Shown in pieces: positions 57,461 through 64,000 of a DNA stretch of 64,000 bases; within the stretch, counting starts at the first letter, position 1; each line of letters opens with the position of its first letter. Below the pieces are notes generated by a model. It was not told the origin of the DNA. It did not search any database and saw nothing but the letters and a program-made list of their open reading frames with translations. The translations under genes and the position numbers were made by a program. Origin of the DNA: a virus (lineage: Duplodnaviria; Caudoviricetes); the IMG/VR virus record IMGVR_UViG_3300028048_000054. One strand, given 5' to 3'.

Positions 57461-57668
57461 GTCAAATTGTCAAATATCAAAATAACTGCCCATTTTAGGG
57501 GGCTATATAATGTTTGAGTGTATACCATTTTAACTTTTGGTGGGGACTTGTTTCTTATGTTACCATCCCCACCTAACCCTAAAATGTACCAGAAATCAAA
57601 CCCTGTTCAATAATAGTATGTTTTAGTTTGTATGGTACAAATGTTGATTGGTCACTCTCAACAAAAAC

Positions 57669-57766
57669 ATTATATCAAATTTCTTCATTTTTGTCAAGTC
57701 CCCTGGGTTCTAAACCAGTTTCCCTTGACTTACTACTATTATACCATTTTTACTTATTTTTGTCAA
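57669..57766 (-). promoter_or_regulatory. tandem sigma70 promoters (57669-57697, 57738-57766) heading the RNA island
   Basis: Two TTGACA-17-TATAAT with extended TG. Confidence 0.82.
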
Positions 57767-58115
57767 GCCAGTCCCAGTCAAACTGATATGGGTGTGTTAA
57801 GTCAAAGTGTTCAATTATACTCTTTACATCTCTGTGGCGTGTTTCATAGCATTCTTTTAATAAATCAGATAATTTTTCTAAACTAGATTCTAAATCCCTA
57901 ATATGGTATTCCGCATTATCTAATTCCTCCTCATAACTATCACGCTCTTCTCTTAATTCTTCTGTAGCCCTCTCTACCTCTTTTTCTACCTCATCTACAC
58001 GATTTACCATTTCGGCAATCTTAACCAGGGTCCAATAATCTAATTTTTCGAACTCATCAACTTTTTTTAAACTATTTACGTCCCACATATTAAATCTCCT
58101 CAAACCCAGCACCAA
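57750..58115 (-). CDS. coiled-coil hypothetical protein
   Basis: Heptad acidic helix; probable start MWDVN. Confidence 0.6.
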   Translation of the reverse strand: MVLGLRRFNMWDVNSLKKVDEFEKLDYWTLVKIAEMVNRVDEVEKEVERATEELREERDSYEEELDNAEYHIRDLESSLEKLSDLLKECYETRHRDVKSIIEHFDLTHPYQFDWDWLDKNK

Positions 58116-58299
58116 GCATTTCTAATCGCAGTGCTTGATTACAGTGTGCTATATCGACACGAAAGAAACTTGTTGCCTCATCAAAATAAACACAAATGCC
58201 TTTTGGGTGTTCGTCCATTAGTTTTTTAATGAAGTCATAGTTTTCCGCATACAACGAGTCTTCTTTAATAAATGTTGCTGGTTTTCTGAATTTCGCCAT
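58090..58299 (-). CDS. hypothetical protein
   Basis: 69 aa with SD. Confidence 0.6.
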   Translation of the reverse strand: MAKFRKPATFIKEDSLYAENYDFIKKLMDEHPKGICVYFDEATSFFRVDIAHCNQALRLEMLGAGFEEI

Positions 58300-58307
58300 A
58301 TTAACCT

Positions 58308-58511
58308 CTACTTATTTACAATTAATCCTAGAATTACTGATGCTAAACCTACTAGTACGGTGGCGAATAACAAAATAAAAAGTGCTAGTCCAATACTAAT
58401 AAAAATAGGGCTAACTACCCACCACCAAGACCAATTTATAACACCACAGAGTTTTAACGTAATAAATACTACCGTCAGTAATGTCGCAAAACTGCCCAAT
58501 TTAATTTCCAT
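58308..58511 (-). CDS. small phage membrane protein (LKL.GVI.WSWWWV.P family)
   Basis: Characteristic WSWWWV motif. Confidence 0.75.
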   Translation of the reverse strand: MEIKLGSFATLLTVVFITLKLCGVINWSWWWVVSPIFISIGLALFILLFATVLVGLASVILGLIVNK

Positions 58512-58929
58512 ATTCTGTCTCCTTTTCGTCTACCCATTTACAATACAGGTCCCAATCTTTGTTTGTAGGAAGCAACTTACCATAATGTGCTATATCTCTA
58601 ATAAAACATTTATGATATTCCATCTTTGTTACTACTTCCATATAATGTTCTGGGTCATTGTCGTTCCACTTAATATTTATTATAGTCTTTTTAGTTTTTG
58701 GGTTGTATTCTGCTACTAACCCAAAATCTGGAATAACAACTCTAATTCCTTTCTTCGCACTATATTCCTCTACACGTGCTGCTTGACTTATACCTTTAGC
58801 CCAACGAAGAAATTCATTATACTTATATGCCCAATACGGTTCCTCATTACAATTTAACCAGTGCATCCAGGCTGTTACCTTAACTTCATCTGGGTAATTA
58901 AATTTATCGTACTTACTTTCCAAGTCCAT
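58501..58929 (-). CDS. hypothetical protein
   Basis: 142 aa ORF. Confidence 0.65.
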   Translation of the reverse strand: MDLESKYDKFNYPDEVKVTAWMHWLNCNEEPYWAYKYNEFLRWAKGISQAARVEEYSAKKGIRVVIPDFGLVAEYNPKTKKTIINIKWNDNDPEHYMEVVTKMEYHKCFIRDIAHYGKLLPTNKDWDLYCKWVDEKETEYGN

Positions 58930-59140
58930 TTTTTATCCTTTTATTGTACTCATTAACCAGTGCTTCATATGTTAGCACCCATTTTTCTGGTGGTTCAGCA
59001 TAACACTCGTCATTTCTATTCATAGCCATATTCATAGCCCGTACCATTTGTCGGTCCATCATTCTGATACAGTTATAAATATGAGTTGTTTCCATATCTT
59101 CTATAACTAATTTTCTTCCATCTCTTGTAGTCCAATACAT
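58913..59140 (-). CDS. hypothetical protein (W.T.DG...M...H family)
   Basis: Motif shared with 40878-41273. Confidence 0.65.
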   Translation of the reverse strand: MYWTTRDGRKLVIEDMETTHIYNCIRMMDRQMVRAMNMAMNRNDECYAEPPEKWVLTYEALVNEYNKRIKNGLGK

Positions 59141-59143
59141 AAC

Positions 59144-59686
59144 TCACCACGGAAAATCATTAAAATATTTTCTATAAAATCTTAATATTGCTTGATTCGG
59201 CTTTACTCCTGGATTTAATCGTCCTTGAATATATCGGCACAACCCAGTAGAATTTATATCATCAACCTTATCAGAACACCAATCTTTTCTAGCATCAATT
59301 ATTGCTCGTAAATACAACTCATATGGGTCTTGTTGAAAAATATTTGAACTAATATTCCACAACACACCTAATGCTATTGCAGAACTACGAGAAATCCCAG
59401 CATCACAATGAATTAAAAGATTAAATGGTGTATGTTCTCGTAAACACTTTTCCCACCGTCTTTCAGCCCATTGGATTGCTAAAATACACTCCCCATCGCC
59501 TGGTGGATAGTATTTACGAAACTGATTTACTAATACCTTATCTACATCCCACATTTTTAATATAAGGTGGTTGTCGTGTATATGCTTAGTTAATTCCTTT
59601 TCATCTGGGCACACAATAGAAATAATATGTGTGTACTCGTCTTTACAATGATTATAAAATTGTCTGTCAGATTGTGTTACTATCAT
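59144..59686 (-). CDS. Cys-based tyrosine/dual-specificity phosphatase-like protein
   Basis: IHCDAGISRSSA (CX5R) and PN motif. Confidence 0.85.
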   Translation of the reverse strand: MIVTQSDRQFYNHCKDEYTHIISIVCPDEKELTKHIHDNHLILKMWDVDKVLVNQFRKYYPPGDGECILAIQWAERRWEKCLREHTPFNLLIHCDAGISRSSAIALGVLWNISSNIFQQDPYELYLRAIIDARKDWCSDKVDDINSTGLCRYIQGRLNPGVKPNQAILRFYRKYFNDFPW

Positions 59687-59770
59687 AAATCCATCAACTC
59701 CTTAATAGCAAACAGTGTACACATAAAAGCAATTCCTAAAAAGAATCCTGCACATAGACCTGCACTTAAA

Positions 59771-60181
59771 TCAGTCCACATTAATTCCTAAACCCCATTT
59801 CTCTGCAAACGCTTTTTGTTTAGGCAAAAAGTAGTCATATATTTTAATTAATTCTTTTTCTTTGATTATATATTCTACTTCTTTTGGCATATAGATATTT
59901 AACTCTTTTCGTTCTATCATTCCACATATTCCGTCATAGAAATCGTCTTTGAGTTTTTGTAAATCTGAAACAAACTCATCTTGACGTTCTCCATATGTCT
60001 TTGATACTTTATAGGCTTCTTCAAAATAAATACGGAAGAAGTGTTCAAGATGTGATTCAGTGTGTTTATAATCGTCCCACCAAATTTCAAATTCCGTAAA
60101 TCTGTACTTTCTGTCTTTCGTTTCTAAATTATAAAATGCCATATTATTTACCTCTAATACCAATTTTATTATATAACTCAT
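59771..60181 (-). CDS. hypothetical protein
   Basis: ORF; probable start MAFYN. Confidence 0.6.
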   Translation of the reverse strand: MSYIIKLVLEVNNMAFYNLETKDRKYRFTEFEIWWDDYKHTESHLEHFFRIYFEEAYKVSKTYGERQDEFVSDLQKLKDDFYDGICGMIERKELNIYMPKEVEYIIKEKELIKIYDYFLPKQKAFAEKWGLGINVD

Positions 60182-60791
60182 TATCCCGTTGTTTGCGGAA
60201 TTTATTTAGTTTATCTTCTTCTGCTTTTATATCTCTAACAAATGTTCTAAAGTTTTTACCATATATTTTATCATACATTATATCCACAAACTTTTCAATA
60301 GTTTTCCAGTCTGTAACTTCTACTTCGTCTTCATCTTTATATGTATGTGGGCTTAATTTAACATAAATAAATGGGTTTTCTTGTTTATAAAAGTATTGTG
60401 CACAACTATGAAGCATACTGACTTCTGTATCACTTTCCCACCTACAAGGACCCTCAACAAATATTCTTACAGATACATCTTGTAATTGTAAGAAAAAATG
60501 AAATTTATGGCTCGAAAATGAACTACCTACATCCGTATGAAAATTAGATAATTCTGGTTTTTCATAGGAATATTTCATTTGTTTTAATGCAAACTTTACA
60601 ACTTTATTTTCATCTTCTTCTGATAGACTCACTGATTCCTCTTCCTCTTTATCTTCTATTTGTTCATCAGAAGATTGTTGGTCATACACTAAATCGTGTT
60701 TACCACAATAATCATACATCCATATGCCTATAACCATACCCAAGGCAAATATTACTACTAATCCTGCGATTGTAATTGCTATATTCATCAT
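60144..60791 (-). CDS. membrane-anchored hypothetical protein
   Basis: N-terminal TM helix; promoter at 60800-60828. Confidence 0.65.
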   Translation of the reverse strand: MMNIAITIAGLVVIFALGMVIGIWMYDYCGKHDLVYDQQSSDEQIEDKEEEESVSLSEEDENKVVKFALKQMKYSYEKPELSNFHTDVGSSFSSHKFHFFLQLQDVSVRIFVEGPCRWESDTEVSMLHSCAQYFYKQENPFIYVKLSPHTYKDEDEVEVTDWKTIEKFVDIMYDKIYGKNFRTFVRDIKAEEDKLNKFRKQRDNELYNKIGIRGK

Positions 60792-61004
60792 ATTCTCCTA
60801 TTATACTAAAAATATTTTTGTTTGTCAATCCTGATAATATCACGCACACATTCACAAATACACCAGAATGCTAACACCATAAAAAATATTACAACTAATA
60901 TTTTGATTGCTTCCATACTGCCTCCTAACTGTAATATAACAAAAAAACGGCCACTTTGTCAAGTAGCCGTCAAATAACCTAATAAAATCACGTCAAATAA
61001 CAGA

Positions 61005-61772
61005 TTATTTAATCCAATCTAATCCAAAGTGTTCACTCCATAATTCGGCTTCCAGGTATGTTCCTTTGATAACATCTTCTGGTATTGGTTCAAATCTATT
61101 ATCAATCTGTATTTTTCTGATATTACTAAAAAAATCATCTAAAATTGCTTTTATTCCACCAGTATCATATAATTCTAATTGTACTTTAGAATTATGGAAT
61201 ATATTCCTATATACAGGATTATTATGTAATTGATGAAATAATCCTGGGGCATTTGATACCATTTCATTAAAAAAAGGGAAAAGACTAATCTTCCCTTCTT
61301 CATATGCTAATAAACTTTCTTTGTGTAATACTTTTAATGTTTGAACTGTTATTATATGATGCACTCCATTATACGACTTGTTTTTATTAATGCCTTCCCA
61401 CTCTTTTCCTTTTATTGCATTAGTGCATACCTTTAAATAATTATATCCACCATAAATCTGTTCTGGTCTGCATTTTAATTGATTTATGTCTTGTACCATA
61501 TAGGACACTCTAATATTTGGATATGCTTTCATAGCAGTCTGATGCAACTCTAACTGTTGTCTTCTCATACTTTGTAATGTTGCAACTCTAACTGCTCTTT
61601 CAATATTTCTTGTTTCCACTACTGTTACTCTCTGTATTGTAGCGGGCATTGTGTGTACGGAAAAAGGCTTTCTTGCAACTGGTCTAATTAGTCTAAACAA
61701 ATTTTGTGAAAACAAATTAGACGATAAACAAAATACTACTACTGTAATTATTAATTTTACGATTTGTTTCAT
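61005..61772 (-). CDS. secreted hypothetical protein (possible host-derived cargo)
   Basis: Signal-peptide-like N-terminus, very AT-rich. Confidence 0.6.
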   Translation of the reverse strand: MKQIVKLIITVVVFCLSSNLFSQNLFRLIRPVARKPFSVHTMPATIQRVTVVETRNIERAVRVATLQSMRRQQLELHQTAMKAYPNIRVSYMVQDINQLKCRPEQIYGGYNYLKVCTNAIKGKEWEGINKNKSYNGVHHIITVQTLKVLHKESLLAYEEGKISLFPFFNEMVSNAPGLFHQLHNNPVYRNIFHNSKVQLELYDTGGIKAILDDFFSNIRKIQIDNRFEPIPEDVIKGTYLEAELWSEHFGLDWIK

Positions 61773-61843
61773 ATTATAATAAAAAATAGTCCCATATATT
61801 TTTATATGAGACTAAATCTGTTAAATAAGTTTTTTCATAAGAA

Positions 61844-62290
61844 TTATTGTGCTAACCACCCACACGCATACCACATAAAACTATTTGTTCCGTTCGTGTT
61901 ATTTTTTATAACAGCAGATGAAGTATTTAATGTAATCACTCTCCAACCATTAACATATTGGTCAATTCCTTGATTACCATAAGCCAAACCGACTAGTGTA
62001 TAATTAATGTCCAAAAATTCTTTTAAAAAACTTACTGTTGTTGAACTACCGTCAGAACTTTCAAATCTTCCGCCTTGTTCACACCATCCGTCTGACCATA
62101 CACGATACCAAGAAGTTCCGTTGGAATAGGTTTCCACAACATACTTAACACCAGCATTATTTAATAAACTTTTTACAGTTTCACTACTTTGAGTCGCATT
62201 TATTAAATCAGTATCTGCTTTTAAATTTAAATCTGTTGCAATTTGATTAATATCTACGTCTATATTTGCTGCACTACTTGATTGAGGCAT
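61844..62290 (-). CDS. tail fibre-associated protein (gp53-like C-terminal domain)
   Basis: WYRVWSDGWCEQGG...F...Y...W.ACG pattern. Confidence 0.75.
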   Translation of the reverse strand: MPQSSSAANIDVDINQIATDLNLKADTDLINATQSSETVKSLLNNAGVKYVVETYSNGTSWYRVWSDGWCEQGGRFESSDGSSTTVSFLKEFLDINYTLVGLAYGNQGIDQYVNGWRVITLNTSSAVIKNNTNGTNSFMWYACGWLAQ

Positions 62291-62300
62291 AAATTACTCC

Positions 62301-63980
62301 TTAATAAGCACCTTTAAATGGGTAGAAAAACATTTGGTCATATTGGTTATTATCAATACCAGAGTGCGTAACAACATCGTTTCTATCAAGAATTATATGT
62401 AGACTCATAACATAAGTATCCCCACCCCATACCATATGACCATTTACATACACTCTACCAGATACACTTCCTGCTGGGTCTATCATACCACAAATAATTC
62501 CAGCAGATGGTGCTTTAAAATTTTGTAATGTATCATAGTTTAATATGATTCCACGATTATAATCTGGTATTCCCCAACTAATTGATTTTTGAATAAAATT
62601 TTGATTGGGTAATACAACATTACTAAAATCCTTATCTGCTTTTAAAGAATTATCAATAATATTTTTTTCAGTGCTTACATCAATTTCTTTTCTCGATGAG
62701 TTTGCAATTACAATATATAGCAAAACCTTAATTGATTGTGGCTGTACTGTATTAGAGTTACCATAGATTGAGGATGAACGAGAAGCATCAAACTTCCAAT
62801 AAGCATAAGTTGCAAAGTTACCTGCTGTAGTACCTCTATCTGGTGTTGATGCACCATTACTAGAAAGGTCAAATGCACCAAATTGACCCCTTAATAAATT
62901 TGGAGCATATACAGTTTCTGAATTAATAGTCCCACCAGTAATATTGGGCAACCCAGCTTCTACTAAATCGCCTAGTGTATTTATACTGTGTGTACCTTCT
63001 ACAAATCCACTAATCTTAGGTAGTCTGACTGTATTTAATCCTGTATTATAAACAAACTTACCACAAGAACCATAAGTAGTTAATGTGTGCTGCCAAGAAT
63101 CCTCTGCTGTACCTTGTGATTTTTGGGTGGCGGTGAATACCAAATGACTCATAGTCCAATATCCACCAGTACCACAAGCTGTACTTTCCCATCTATAATA
63201 TTTATAATAACCTGTGTTAGAACTTAAATTAATATCCCAAGATGATGAGTGTGCTTGTTGTGTATTTGTATATGTGGAAATAGGGGTCCAATTTGTATAA
63301 TCATTAGAACCATAGATGGTGCCAGCCGTACTTTGTCTATTTGAACCACCAGTATCGATTTGGGTATATACTTTAATATTTGTAATATTCAAAGGAATTG
63401 GGTTATACCAATAAATATTTCCTGTTACATTTCCTTGGGAACTATGAAAACCATTATTTTGGGAAATATTATTAAATAAGTTCCAATACATATCTGTTCC
63501 AGTGTTCTGTGGAACATCTGAATAACAAGCAAATGTTGAACCACCCATAGTTCCTTTTGATGTGATGTAAGGTTGTGTCCACTCACTAATTATATCACCT
63601 GGTTGAGCAAAATAACTCGCAGTTGGGTCTTCTTCATATAATTCAGCAATATAATCTACAAACTCACCATAAATACCATTACCATCAATGAGTGAGCCAT
63701 CTAATAAGTGAAGACCAGCATCTGTAAGTGGTAATACAGATGGAACAATCTCACCAATATTTCTAGCATTAATTGTGGGAGCACTTATAACATTATTATT
63801 AATTACAATGTTATCTCCCGCTGTTAACTTGTCTTGTTTATCATTCCCTGCTTTCTTTAATAAATCTGATACATATACGGAATTTGATTCGGTTCCACCA
63901 TTATCAACAACAAGTAGACTGTCATCTCTAACTGAGGTGACTCTAGCCAATTCTGAAATTTGCTTTCCATCTAATGACAT
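62301..63980 (-). CDS. tail fibre / receptor-binding protein
   Basis: KISEL N-terminus, KQDKL.AG, collar-like RLPK...GLPNITG...FDASRSSSIYGNSNTVQP, inserted discoidin-like domain. Confidence 0.82.
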   Translation of the reverse strand: MSLDGKQISELARVTSVRDDSLLVVDNGGTESNSVYVSDLLKKAGNDKQDKLTAGDNIVINNNVISAPTINARNIGEIVPSVLPLTDAGLHLLDGSLIDGNGIYGEFVDYIAELYEEDPTASYFAQPGDIISEWTQPYITSKGTMGGSTFACYSDVPQNTGTDMYWNLFNNISQNNGFHSSQGNVTGNIYWYNPIPLNITNIKVYTQIDTGGSNRQSTAGTIYGSNDYTNWTPISTYTNTQQAHSSSWDINLSSNTGYYKYYRWESTACGTGGYWTMSHLVFTATQKSQGTAEDSWQHTLTTYGSCGKFVYNTGLNTVRLPKISGFVEGTHSINTLGDLVEAGLPNITGGTINSETVYAPNLLRGQFGAFDLSSNGASTPDRGTTAGNFATYAYWKFDASRSSSIYGNSNTVQPQSIKVLLYIVIANSSRKEIDVSTEKNIIDNSLKADKDFSNVVLPNQNFIQKSISWGIPDYNRGIILNYDTLQNFKAPSAGIICGMIDPAGSVSGRVYVNGHMVWGGDTYVMSLHIILDRNDVVTHSGIDNNQYDQMFFYPFKGAY

Positions 63981-64000
63981 AACTTAATATTCTCCTCGGC

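Noticed and set aside
61844-63980. Diversity-generating retroelement or invertible tail-fibre cassette
   Set aside because: No reverse transcriptase, template/variable repeat pair or invertase in the window
604-63987. All + strand ORFs in the track
   Set aside because: Short, antisense to well-supported minus-strand genes or tRNAs, with no recognisable motifs
1-64000. Stop-codon reassignment
   Set aside because: Conserved genes are full-length in code 11, TAA, TAG and TGA all end genes, and there is no suppressor tRNA

Overview
AT-rich segment of a large (jumbo-type) tailed phage genome. Essentially all genes and RNAs are on the minus strand, use the standard genetic code, and are driven by sigma70-type TTGACA-17-TATAAT promoters with Shine-Dalgarno sites. 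Four blocks are visible. (1) 1-17.4 kb: nucleotide metabolism, replication and repair genes (thioredoxin, dUTPase, NMP kinase-like, soluble AAA+/M41 protease, glyA, PD-(D/E)XK nuclease, MT-A70 methyltransferase, Toprim primase, a kinase-phosphatase-RNA ligase fusion, 3D protein, RuvB), plus one tRNA(CAT) and a candidate double-pseudoknot RNA. (2) 17.4-37.2 kb: about 55 short orphan early/host-takeover-like genes with a repeated promoter, headed by a 1.4 kb non-coding region holding four tandem promoters (possible genome end or terminal repeat). (3) 38.7-47.5 kb: auxiliary genes (HNH, GMP reductase, CofE-like ligase, phosphoesterase, pseudo-receiver, PAP2). (4) 46.6-57.8 kb: an RNA island with 23 tRNA genes, followed by orphans and tail-fibre genes. 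The island includes a tRNA-Leu(UAA) split by a trnL-type group I intron carrying an HNH ORF, a rare tRNA-Ser(ACU), free-standing HNH genes, a pyruvoyl arginine decarboxylase, a Ro60/TROVE gene with three differently built Y-RNA-like genes, several enlarged tRNA mimics and a ~1.25 kb ORF-free, hairpin-dense candidate giant ncRNA. This Ro60/Y-RNA/tRNA-mimic/giant-RNA island is the best candidate for an undescribed system. All RNA structures were read by eye and need covariance-model confirmation.
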